Position numbers and translations under genes: made by a program
Shown here: positions 9,273 to 17,198 of the stretch, one piece after another
Layout of the letters: the number at the start of each line of letters is the position of its first letter
Position numbering within the stretch: position 1 is the stretch's first letter
Notes under the pieces: model-generated
Databases searched by the model: none
The model's input: only the letters and a program-made list of their open reading frames with translations
What the model was told of the DNA's origin: nothing
IMG/VR virus record: IMGVR_UViG_3300022928_000001
Length of the DNA: 20,000 bases
Reading direction: 5' to 3' (one strand)
Origin: an uncultured virus (IMG/VR IMGVR_UViG_3300022928_000001)
Taxonomy: Duplodnaviria > Heunggongvirae > Uroviricota > Caudoviricetes

Positions 9273-9392
9273 CTACGTAGTGTAAAATCCGTGTCCTCTT
9301 GCAATTCTATCAATTTCTCTGTATTTGATTCCACCTTTTTCTTTTTTAGTGTATTGTTTAATATCTCTTTCTAATACTCTTCTTGTATACAT
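9273..9392 (-). CDS. Small basic hypothetical protein (39 aa, MYTRRVLERD...GFYTT)
   Basis: The likely start is the ATG at 9392 (TAATG overlap with the endonuclease stop), not 9503, which lies deep inside the endonuclease gene. Confidence 0.5.
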   Translation of the reverse strand: MYTRRVLERDIKQYTKKEKGGIKYREIDRIARGHGFYTT

Positions 9393-9850
9393 TAGTCGCG
9401 CTTTCTTTTTCTGTTCTCTTTGATCAGCATCACCGTCCGGTCTACTTCTTTCTGGTTTTGCGGCTTGTAAAGCGTCTTTCCAATCTTGTTTTTTGTAAGC
9501 CATAATTTAAATAATTTCCATCTCAAAGGGAAAGACTCATTAGCCCTTCCCTTGCATTCTATTATGTAGTCTTTTCCAACGAAGTCAGGTGTATACTTAA
9601 TTCCCAAAACTTTTTTTTGCCCTCTGTTAGTATACTCACCCTTTCCGTTGGATTGTTTTTCGTAAGATTGATTTTCAAAATTAAATCCTTCGACCAACTG
9701 GAAAACTTCATTTTCATAACCTTCAAATAATTTTTCTTTTTTTAAAGCCATATAAGTATACCGTTCTAAGCCTGACGCAAAGTTTATTCCGTCATAAGAT
9801 ATTTTTTTAGCTTGTACAGGTCCTCGCTTTTTACTACGTTTTTTTACCAT
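9392..9850 (-). CDS. T7 endonuclease I-like PD-(D/E)XK nuclease / Holliday junction resolvase
   Basis: FASGLE...YTPDF...IIECKG matches the endo I F-x-SGLE / YTPDF / E-x-KG motifs. Confidence 0.8.
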   Translation of the reverse strand: MVKKRSKKRGPVQAKKISYDGINFASGLERYTYMALKKEKLFEGYENEVFQLVEGFNFENQSYEKQSNGKGEYTNRGQKKVLGIKYTPDFVGKDYIIECKGRANESFPLRWKLFKLWLTKNKIGKTLYKPQNQKEVDRTVMLIKENRKRKRD

Positions 9851-10125
9851 GTTCTATCTTCTACCCATCTTTCAGGGCTTTTATGCTTACTAAAGCTATC
9901 TTCTTCTTCGTAATCTTTAAGTATCTTTTCTTCAAGAGCGTTACTTGTTTCCATCTTAAGCTTTTGAATATAGTTTACAGCATCCATTAATTCTTCTTGT
10001 AAGTGATTAAGCCATTTATGTAAGCTAGGTTCATCATCGTGTAAAGTAACACCGTATTTTTTATAACCTACATCGCTTCGTTCTTTGAACTTATCGATTA
10101 CTTGTTTAATTATTTTATCACGCAT
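9844..10125 (-). CDS. Small all-alpha protein, possible MazG-like NTP pyrophosphatase fold
   Basis: GYKKYG...WLNHLQEELMDAVNY contains an EExxD acidic helix. Confidence 0.5.
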   Translation of the reverse strand: MRDKIIKQVIDKFKERSDVGYKKYGVTLHDDEPSLHKWLNHLQEELMDAVNYIQKLKMETSNALEEKILKDYEEEDSFSKHKSPERWVEDRTW

Positions 10126-10912
10126 CTTTTACAAATGTTCCGTTAACCATCTTACCTGTGCGCCCAGCTATTACCTTATAAGCTGAATCTATACAGTCTT
10201 CTATATTATATCCTTTAAGCTTAGCTAAGTTTGTTAAAACAACAACCATATCACCTATAGCATCTATAAATTCAGGCTCGTCGTTTTTTAATATAGCTTG
10301 AGCTAATTCTCCAGCTTCTTCCATAAGCTTAATATATTGTGTTCTTACGTCGCCGGTTTTATATATACCTTTTTCTTCAGCCCATTCTCTAATTAATTCA
10401 AATTGATCCTGATTAGAGTATAGCTTTTCTTTATCTTTTTGAAACGGGCCAGCCATGTGCATAGCTTTATTATATACAAAGCTACGGCTTTTATTAAACA
10501 TAGATTCTTTAATATTGTCTAATATCCATTCTATTTTATCGGTTGAATCTATTTTAATATTGCCATATGGTGTTTCCCATTCAAGCTCCGCTAAAAATGC
10601 TCCATCAATATCATTTTTTGATACAGCAAATGTAGTTGTTTGATCCGTTACATTAACTTGTTTACTCATAGGTTTTTTAAATAATTTATCATAAGGTTTT
10701 ATATCAACTTTATAACCTAAGTCTTTTTGTAATTGTCTTTCAGCGTTAGCAGCCTCTTTTATATCATCTGTTTCAAATAATATTTCATATTCTCCAGGTT
10801 TAAAACCCTGTTCATCAACAACTCTTTTTTGTATATTAGTTGTACAGCCTATCTTTTTACCTAGTATATGATAAACTTTATATTTACCTGTGCTTACTGC
10901 TGATATTCCCAT
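10118..10912 (-). CDS. Fusion: N-terminal GIY-YIG-like domain, central unknown domain, C-terminal MazG-like NTP pyrophosphatase
   Basis: N-terminus YKVYHI..KKIGCTTNIQKR...AANAE. C-terminus IREWAEEKG...KLMEEAGELAQAI...DAIGDMVVVL...AYKVIAGRTGKMVNGTFVKD, the typical phage MazG pattern. Confidence 0.8.
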   Translation of the reverse strand: MGISAVSTGKYKVYHILGKKIGCTTNIQKRVVDEQGFKPGEYEILFETDDIKEAANAERQLQKDLGYKVDIKPYDKLFKKPMSKQVNVTDQTTTFAVSKNDIDGAFLAELEWETPYGNIKIDSTDKIEWILDNIKESMFNKSRSFVYNKAMHMAGPFQKDKEKLYSNQDQFELIREWAEEKGIYKTGDVRTQYIKLMEEAGELAQAILKNDEPEFIDAIGDMVVVLTNLAKLKGYNIEDCIDSAYKVIAGRTGKMVNGTFVKDA

Positions 10913-11250
10913 CTTACAATATAATATTTGTTATCTTGACCTCTAAGCAAAGCATCTCTTTTTATTTCGCCTGGTCTAATCATATAATCAGATTTCCAAT
11001 TAGATTCAATAACTGCATCCATATCAGAATCTGATTCAAAAGAATCTATAACTTTAGCTTTAAGCATTATACTTTCATAATCACCTTCATACCTAGGTAA
11101 ATAATCTGATGTTGCTATAATTTTACCTTGTTGTACTGGAGCAATATAAAAATCGTCTGTCATTGTAACAAATTGTGACCCTGAATAATATACATAATCA
11201 AATTGTGCAAATGTAAATAAAGGTAATAATAATAATAATAATATTCTCAT
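10894..11250 (-). CDS. Secreted hypothetical protein with Sec signal peptide
   Basis: MRILLLLLLPLFTFA|Q: basic n-region, Leu-rich h-region, cleavage site followed by Gln. Confidence 0.7.
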   Translation of the reverse strand: MRILLLLLLPLFTFAQFDYVYYSGSQFVTMTDDFYIAPVQQGKIIATSDYLPRYEGDYESIMLKAKVIDSFESDSDMDAVIESNWKSDYMIRPGEIKRDALLRGQDNKYYIVRWEYQQ

Positions 11251-11260
11251 AATTTTAGTT

Positions 11261-12082
11261 TTAAGTTCCTACTGATAATTTTGCTTTTATTGGTTTATGC
11301 GGGTCGTAATCAAACAACATCACATCATTTATTTTTGGTAATACTAGTTCATTATCTCTTTCAAATATTCCACAACCTAATTTTACTTTAGGTGGTTTTT
11401 TAATGCTCCTAGAAAGCTGTTCTTTAACTTGCTCAAAATGATTATTATATATATGACAATCACCTAAACTAATAGTTAGTCTTCTTGGTTCTAATAAAGC
11501 TCCTTTAGCAAGCATTTCTAATAACAAGCCATACATTGCAATATCATAAGGCAAGCCTAAAAATAAATCTGCTGATCTTTGTTGAAGCATTAAATCTAAG
11601 TGTGTACCATCACTATATAGTTGGAAACTATGGTGACAAGGAGGCAATACCATATCAGGCATATCAACTGGGTTCCACGCAGATAGCATAAGTCTACGAG
11701 AGGTGGGATTTTCTTTGAGTTCTCTAACAACGGCTCTAAGCTGATCAACACCATTAAAATTGCGCCACTGATGCCCATATACAGGTCCCAATGTGCCATC
11801 CGTTCTTCCTGATCTTTTATAATCGGCGTCCCAATACCTAACGCCGTTAGAATGAAGATAATCAAGATCGACACGACCGTTGATGATCCATAATATCTCC
11901 GCAATAGCATTTTTAAAATATATTTTTTTAGTTGTTAATAAAGGAAATCCTAAAGCCATATCATGCCTGATAACTCTGCCAAACACTGATTTTGTTCCAG
12001 TTCCTGTTCTATCTGGTTTATCATAACCTCCATGCAATGTGCCTGAAAGTAAACCTAAGTATTCTTCTTCTATATTAATCAT
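11261..12082 (-). CDS. thyA: Thymidylate synthase homolog with Asn-to-Asp specificity switch (possible dCMP methyltransferase)
   Basis: Motifs DRTGTGT, FPLLTTKK, LGPVYGHQWR, SRR, SAWN, LPPCH (C149), QRSADLFLG and DCHIY. Residue 180, equivalent to E. coli N177, is Asp (GAT, 11543-11545). Confidence 0.9.
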   Translation of the reverse strand: MINIEEEYLGLLSGTLHGGYDKPDRTGTGTKSVFGRVIRHDMALGFPLLTTKKIYFKNAIAEILWIINGRVDLDYLHSNGVRYWDADYKRSGRTDGTLGPVYGHQWRNFNGVDQLRAVVRELKENPTSRRLMLSAWNPVDMPDMVLPPCHHSFQLYSDGTHLDLMLQQRSADLFLGLPYDIAMYGLLLEMLAKGALLEPRRLTISLGDCHIYNNHFEQVKEQLSRSIKKPPKVKLGCGIFERDNELVLPKINDVMLFDYDPHKPIKAKLSVGT

Positions 12083-12354
12083 TGTTTATCATAATAGTAT
12101 TTACACATTTCAAACATTGCATCCCAAACCTGATTTTTATCATATATATGTTTGCTTTTATAAACTTTTTTATAATTATCAGGTGTTGAAATACCTATAT
12201 ACCATTTACCCGGAGTATTTTGTATACCTATAGGACTTATTATAATATTGCTTTTAACGCAATAATCATAATATTTTTGTTGTTCTTTTGATATGTTAAA
12301 TTCAGGTAATTTATATTTAGCCTGTTCTTTTTGTCTTTTAGTTAAAGTTCCCAT
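12079..12354 (-). CDS. Hypothetical protein (91 aa)
   Basis: Overlaps both neighbours (ATGA with thyA); protein-like composition. Confidence 0.7.
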   Translation of the reverse strand: MGTLTKRQKEQAKYKLPEFNISKEQQKYYDYCVKSNIIISPIGIQNTPGKWYIGISTPDNYKKVYKSKHIYDKNQVWDAMFEMCKYYYDKQ

Positions 12355-14048
12355 GGCATTTCATTTACCGCCACATTTTCATGAGGCACATAGTTACCAC
12401 TTATATGGTCCCATTTGAAATGGGCTTCTGCCTGGTTTTCACCGAGGTTTTGAAATTTAACTTTAAGAACTTTAACTTTGACTGTTTTATTATTGTAATC
12501 CCTGTGAACAAGCAAGCCATGATAAGAAGCATCATACCACTCACCACCTCCTTTAATAGAATACATAGTTGGTTCATCAATTGTGCCATCGTCTTTTTTA
12601 TACATTTTAGTTGGATGTGCAACTATTATAACTAACACATCATACTTCTTAGCAAAAGCTTCTATTCTAGTTAAGTACTCCATAGTAGCATCAGGTATGC
12701 TCATTTTTTCAGCACCCTTCATTTTAACTTTATTATATGGATCAATAACTAAACACTTTATTCCTTTGCGTTTAACAAGTTCTGCGCCTTTAGCTAAAAC
12801 AGCATCTAAATCATATCTTTCGTTTTCAATAAAATAAAAGTTATCGTTTACTAAAGATTTTACATCATTCCATTTATTGCTACCTATATCCTCTTTACTT
12901 GGCATCCAATTGCCTATTTTGCGCATTAATTTATGAGCATGTAAGAATGTAGGTTTATTTTCTGGAGACGCAAAAGCAGTTTTCCAACCATATTTTAATT
13001 GGTATCCCACCACCATTCTATCAACAAAATCAGACTTCCCGCTGCTAGGAACGCCTGTAACGGTGATGAATTGTCCCGTGTAAGTACTGAATATGCTATC
13101 AAAGTTATCAAGACCGACTTGATACCCAGGTTTAAAACCTTCTTGAATAAATTCCTGTAGTTCATCGTCTATATCATTTAATGTTATTACGTTTTCAAGA
13201 GGAACAGGGCTAGCTTCATTAACAAGACGCTTGAGCATAGACCCGCCGTAAGCCATAATATATTCATTAGCATCTTTGAGACCTGAGAAGTTAAGTGTAT
13301 AGCATACTTCAGCTCCAAAACGTCTAATGAGTTCTTGTTGTAAATTTTGGCCGGCTTCATCTCCGTCAACGGCAATGATGATTTTCTTTTTGTCATTGAA
13401 ATATTCAATGCAATTGTCGAGGTAATCAAGATTAAGGCGATTAAGAGTAGCTCCGTTTGGTACAGAGACCACACTATCGATCTTAGATTCCACAAAAGAT
13501 AAAGCATCCATCTCGCCTTCCACAATAACAACATAGTCGTGCCCAACAGTGCTATCAATATTATAGAATACTTTTTCTGCCCCTTTAACAAGTTTAAAAT
13601 TCTTTCTACCATCTCTATATTTTATATTTATAAGTTCATTATTAATAAAATAATTGAATTGAATTGTGTTCTCTTCTTTAGATGTTTGAGGCATCCATTC
13701 AGGACCCTCTGTAATTTTCATTTTAATTAAAGTACGTTGTGATATTCCTCTACTTTCAAACCATTTAACAGCCCTGTCGCTAAGCATTACATCATTCTTC
13801 CACTCTGGTTTTATATAAACCTTATCAGCTTCTCCTTTGCGTTGAAAGGTATGTAATTGAAAAACCTCATCACAGTTCATACAAGTACCAAGACCACGAT
13901 CCCAATCATACATAGCGCATTTAGCTTTACGATTCTCGGGTTTTCTATCAGCAGAGCAAAGAGGGCATACACCCTCTTTTTTCCCTACCTCAAGATCATA
14001 TTGATTGAACTGGTCAATCTTAAAACCATTGATCTCTGTTGTATTCAT
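12342..14048 (-). CDS. T7 gp4/Twinkle-like DNA primase-helicase
   Basis: Zn ribbon CPLC...CMNC, TOPRIM IVEGEMDALS and DGDEAG, Walker A GVPSSGKS, Walker B LVIDPY, and VAHP. Confidence 0.93.
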   Translation of the reverse strand: MNTTEINGFKIDQFNQYDLEVGKKEGVCPLCSADRKPENRKAKCAMYDWDRGLGTCMNCDEVFQLHTFQRKGEADKVYIKPEWKNDVMLSDRAVKWFESRGISQRTLIKMKITEGPEWMPQTSKEENTIQFNYFINNELINIKYRDGRKNFKLVKGAEKVFYNIDSTVGHDYVVIVEGEMDALSFVESKIDSVVSVPNGATLNRLNLDYLDNCIEYFNDKKKIIIAVDGDEAGQNLQQELIRRFGAEVCYTLNFSGLKDANEYIMAYGGSMLKRLVNEASPVPLENVITLNDIDDELQEFIQEGFKPGYQVGLDNFDSIFSTYTGQFITVTGVPSSGKSDFVDRMVVGYQLKYGWKTAFASPENKPTFLHAHKLMRKIGNWMPSKEDIGSNKWNDVKSLVNDNFYFIENERYDLDAVLAKGAELVKRKGIKCLVIDPYNKVKMKGAEKMSIPDATMEYLTRIEAFAKKYDVLVIIVAHPTKMYKKDDGTIDEPTMYSIKGGGEWYDASYHGLLVHRDYNNKTVKVKVLKVKFQNLGENQAEAHFKWDHISGNYVPHENVAVNEMPWEL

Positions 14049-14049
14049 A

Positions 14050-14106
14050 TTAATCTTCGATTAAATCGTTATCTCCGTTATCTGCTACCCAATCATCCCA
14101 ATCCAT
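14050..14106 (-). CDS. Candidate acidic micro-protein (18 aa, MDWDDWVADNGDNDLIED)
   Basis: The ATG overlaps the SSB stop (TAATG) and the stop lies 1 nt before the primase ATG, exactly filling the gap. Confidence 0.4.
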   Translation of the reverse strand: MDWDDWVADNGDNDLIED

Positions 14107-14435
14107 TAAAATGGTAAATCAGGTTCTTGAGTCGCACCAGATATTGATTGTAACATATCTACATTAGACTGTTGAGGTTGCCCTTCTCTTGGAGCAGTAG
14201 TTACGTTTTGGCCATTAGTCCAAACAACTTTAACATTACCTAAATAAGATTTTTGAGCTTTAGCATCTCGTTCTTCTTTGGTTTGTTCGGTTTGTATATA
14301 ACCTGAATCTCCGTATTGACCAACCTCATCATTTAATACAATAGTAATCGGATAGTATTTACCCTTTTTACCCTCATAAATTTTTGACTTTTCAATTTTA
14401 GTTAAGTCAATGTTTGCTGAAATAATACTTGCCAT
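14106..14435 (-). CDS. ssb: Single-stranded DNA-binding protein (phage type)
   Basis: Beta-rich 109 aa protein with a disordered tail ending DLPF, located between the recombination genes and the primase. Confidence 0.75.
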   Translation of the reverse strand: MASIISANIDLTKIEKSKIYEGKKGKYYPITIVLNDEVGQYGDSGYIQTEQTKEERDAKAQKSYLGNVKVVWTNGQNVTTAPREGQPQQSNVDMLQSISGATQEPDLPF

Positions 14436-14602
14436 TAATATGTAGCTAATTGATTAAACATTCTTCTCATTTGATCTTTAGTAGCACCTGTTGTTCTACG
14501 TAAATTGTCCACCGCTTTTGTATGCGATTGATTGTTGTAAAAATTGTTTACGCTTGTGTTAACTCCTGTTACGTCACAAACTTTTTTTCTGGTTCTTCCC
14601 AT
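14435..14602 (-). CDS. Small hypothetical protein (55 aa, MGRTRKKVCDVTG...QLATY)
   Basis: Hand-translated; TAATG overlap with the SSB start; A/T-rich leader. Confidence 0.65.
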   Translation of the reverse strand: MGRTRKKVCDVTGVNTSVNNFYNNQSHTKAVDNLRRTTGATKDQMRRMFNQLATY

Positions 14603-14617
14603 AATATTAAATTTAAA

Positions 14618-15349
14618 TTAAAGTGTTTTGGAGATATAATATTGGCTAAAATCTCCGTCGCCATTTACAAAAAACTCATTATAAGCCTGAACTGCTTTAG
14701 CAACTTTGTTTTGTCCAGACTGCAAAAATCTTTCGCTGCAATCAAACAATCCAGTTTGTAATGTTTTTTTATCTATCACTATAAATACTAATTCATAACC
14801 AAACATTTTAGAATAAATATATGCTTGACTATCATAATTATATTTATAGGCTGAATTAGCAAAGGCATTTATATTGTTTGTAGTCTTAAGATCAATAACT
14901 AATTGATGACTATGATTAACAATATCTGCTTTACCTTTCCATTGCATACCTTCTAATTCAGTTATACCTGGCAGTTCGTATTCAACTGCACCTTCTTGTA
15001 TTAGATCTCTAAATAAATCATTATCTAATACTTTTTCACGCATCAATTCTATAGCATCAGCTTCGTGTTCAAGCAAGCATATATCTTCCCCTGCTATCTC
15101 CTTATAAGCTTTTGTATTACGTGTTGATGATTTTACTATTTTATATTTATCAAGCTTGTGAGGCTCTAATATTGTTGTATGAAAATATCCTCCGATTAAA
15201 AAAGCGGGATTAGGTGGTGAAGGTTTTTTAAATTCTAAAGGATTATTTAAGAGAGCTGATATATCACTATTGCTTAAATAAGTTTTACCAAACTCTCCAT
15301 AATAATCTTCGTCATTACGTAACCTTTCAATTGCTTTTTTATTATTCAT
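14618..15349 (-). CDS. PD-(D/E)XK exonuclease (RecE/exonuclease VIII, DUF3799-like)
   Basis: YLSNSDI, GGYFHTTILEP, KGKADIV, IDLKTT and YDSQAYIY; adjacent to ERF. Confidence 0.85.
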   Translation of the reverse strand: MNNKKAIERLRNDEDYYGEFGKTYLSNSDISALLNNPLEFKKPSPPNPAFLIGGYFHTTILEPHKLDKYKIVKSSTRNTKAYKEIAGEDICLLEHEADAIELMREKVLDNDLFRDLIQEGAVEYELPGITELEGMQWKGKADIVNHSHQLVIDLKTTNNINAFANSAYKYNYDSQAYIYSKMFGYELVFIVIDKKTLQTGLFDCSERFLQSGQNKVAKAVQAYNEFFVNGDGDFSQYYISKTL

Positions 15350-15932
15350 TAAGTTGTTCTAAAGCCTCAGCTGTTATAGTATATTTTTCTTGAAGTGTTT
15401 TCATTAAACCTCCATTTGCTAAAAACTTTTTAGCTTGATCAATATTCTTCATATTAATTAAAGGTTTTTTGTTTTGCATAATTTTATTTTCAAGATTATT
15501 AACTTGAGCTTTTAATGTTTGCCGCTGCATATCACGGCCATGCGTATTTGTCGCATCCGAATCAGCTGTATCATCAATAAGCAATAAATTACCTAAAGCA
15601 TATTTTTTACCATAAGAAGATGCTGAACCAAACTTTTGTGGCATTTGCATACCCTTTTGATTAAGATCAACACCTACAATAGCAGTGCCTTCAATTTGAT
15701 CACCAGTCTCAGCATCTACAATTGTAGCAGTACTATGAATTATAGGAAATTCAGATCCTAGTGTTAAGTTCTCTCTTATTGTAACATAAACACCGTACTT
15801 CTCATTATATGGTTTTAATGCTTCTAATATATCTTCCGCAGATCGGAACATATAGTTGCCAAAATTATTTTTTCTAGACTTTTTAGCTTTAAAGTCTGCC
15901 TGAATAGCACTAAGCTTCTCTCGTATGTTCAT
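15342..15932 (-). CDS. erf: ERF-family ssDNA annealing protein
   Basis: NNFGNYMFRSAEDILEALKP...QKFGSASSYGKKYALGNLLLIDD. The ATG at 15932 is preferred over the TTG at 15941. Confidence 0.85.
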   Translation of the reverse strand: MNIREKLSAIQADFKAKKSRKNNFGNYMFRSAEDILEALKPYNEKYGVYVTIRENLTLGSEFPIIHSTATIVDAETGDQIEGTAIVGVDLNQKGMQMPQKFGSASSYGKKYALGNLLLIDDTADSDATNTHGRDMQRQTLKAQVNNLENKIMQNKKPLINMKNIDQAKKFLANGGLMKTLQEKYTITAEALEQLNE

Positions 15933-16035
15933 TAGATTCAATTATTTGATAGTTAATATAAATTCCGTTTTTATAATATGTTACAATTCCATCTCCCGTG
16001 ACTTTTGTAACTTCATCATCAATAAAACCTTCCAT
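15910..16035 (-). CDS. Small hypothetical protein (41 aa, MEGFIDDEVTKVTG...)
   Basis: Hand-translated; starts 2 nt after the upstream stop; 23-nt overlap with ERF. Confidence 0.45.
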   Translation of the reverse strand: MEGFIDDEVTKVTGDGIVTYYKNGIYINYQIIESNEHTREA

Positions 16036-16037
16036 AA

Positions 16038-16388
16038 TTAAGATGTTAGATCGTAAATGATGTTATCCTTTTTAAATAATCTCCGCTTATTATATTTTTT
16101 TATTGTACCGAAGATTGTTTGCCCATCTACTAAAGTGTTGTTGTGATAAGAATGTTCGTGCCATATTTTTTCTTTTTGATTTACGCCGATGCCGGTTAAT
16201 TGTTGGTTAGTTATTGGAATATATTTGCCACCTGATACTGCATTAACAGTGCTTAAATTATAATTAGGTTGCTTTTGCTTAGGTGCATTATCTTTATAAG
16301 AATTAGGTGGTTGATCACCTTGTCTTACAAACTGCAATTCATCTATTGTCGATAGACAATATTTATATTTACTTTTAAATTTATACAT
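16038..16388 (-). CDS. Hypothetical protein (about 116 aa)
   Basis: ORF track gives 16038..16403; the ATG at 16388 (MYKFKSKY) is the more likely start. Confidence 0.65.
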   Translation of the reverse strand: MYKFKSKYKYCLSTIDELQFVRQGDQPPNSYKDNAPKQKQPNYNLSTVNAVSGGKYIPITNQQLTGIGVNQKEKIWHEHSYHNNTLVDGQTIFGTIKKYNKRRLFKKDNIIYDLTS

Positions 16389-16421
16389 AATATTATAGTG
16401 CAATTTTACGTTAAAGGGACC

Positions 16422-17198
16422 TTAATCTTTATAAATTTTCAATTTATTTTCTGCCCAATCATATACTTTTGACGATGACTTAATGCCGTTGGTAACTACA
16501 AAATAAGCTAATTCATTAAGTGCATCATCATTTGATCTTAGTTTAGTTAATAAACGTTGTTTTTGTTTCTTAACATTCTCTACATTCATACTAAAATATG
16601 AAGCTATGTCTTTGATTTTCTTAGGTTTAGAATATATATCATCTAAGCCATAAAACATTTCTATCATAACATGGTATTTAGGTACATACTTTAATAGCCA
16701 ACCTTTTAAAAATTCACCCAGTTTTTCGTAATCATAATCGTATACTTCTTCGTCTATAACAGATAGTACATCATTATCAAACCACTGAGGAAACAATACA
16801 GTTATAAATCCAAAACCATTTGAATAACGTTTTTTGTCTTCATTATTCCAAACACCTTTTATAGGCCGCTTTGATCCGTCTGCATTTTTTTTAACTTCAT
16901 CTGCAACTAAACCTTTTATACTTATATTTAAGTATTTAGAAATAGCTTTCTTACGATCTAATTTAGTTTCTAATGAATTTATTAAATTCCAGTCTATATT
17001 AGACCATGATTTTAATAAAGCATAATATCCTTCTTGGTGTAGATCATTGATATTTACAACACCTATAGCAGAATATTCTTTTGAAAAACTATTTGCAATT
17101 CTAGATGCCATTTTAAAATAATCTAAAGGTATTTCAGATTTTAAATTAGAAATTGATGATTGGTTTAAAGCATATATTTTTTTATTAAAATTTTTCAT
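16422..17198 (-). CDS. Phage-encoded sigma70-like transcription factor
   Basis: Region-2-like INDLHQEGYYALLKSW and region-4 HTH MIEMFYGLD...KIKDIASYFSMNVENVKKQKQRLLTKLR. Confidence 0.75.
   Translation of the reverse strand: MKNFNKKIYALNQSSISNLKSEIPLDYFKMASRIANSFSKEYSAIGVVNINDLHQEGYYALLKSWSNIDWNLINSLETKLDRKKAISKYLNISIKGLVADEVKKNADGSKRPIKGVWNNEDKKRYSNGFGFITVLFPQWFDNDVLSVIDEEVYDYDYEKLGEFLKGWLLKYVPKYHVMIEMFYGLDDIYSKPKKIKDIASYFSMNVENVKKQKQRLLTKLRSNDDALNELAYFVVTNGIKSSSKVYDWAENKLKIYKD

Noticed and set aside
5523..14048. Introns or inteins in nrdA, nrdB, thyA or primase-helicase
   Set aside because: Lengths and motif spacing are compact; no interruptions or intein termini were seen.
14100..14115. 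Programmed frameshift fusing SSB to the acidic micro-ORF
   Set aside because: CCA TTT TAA TG is not a canonical X XXY YYZ slippery site, and the SSB already ends in DLPF.
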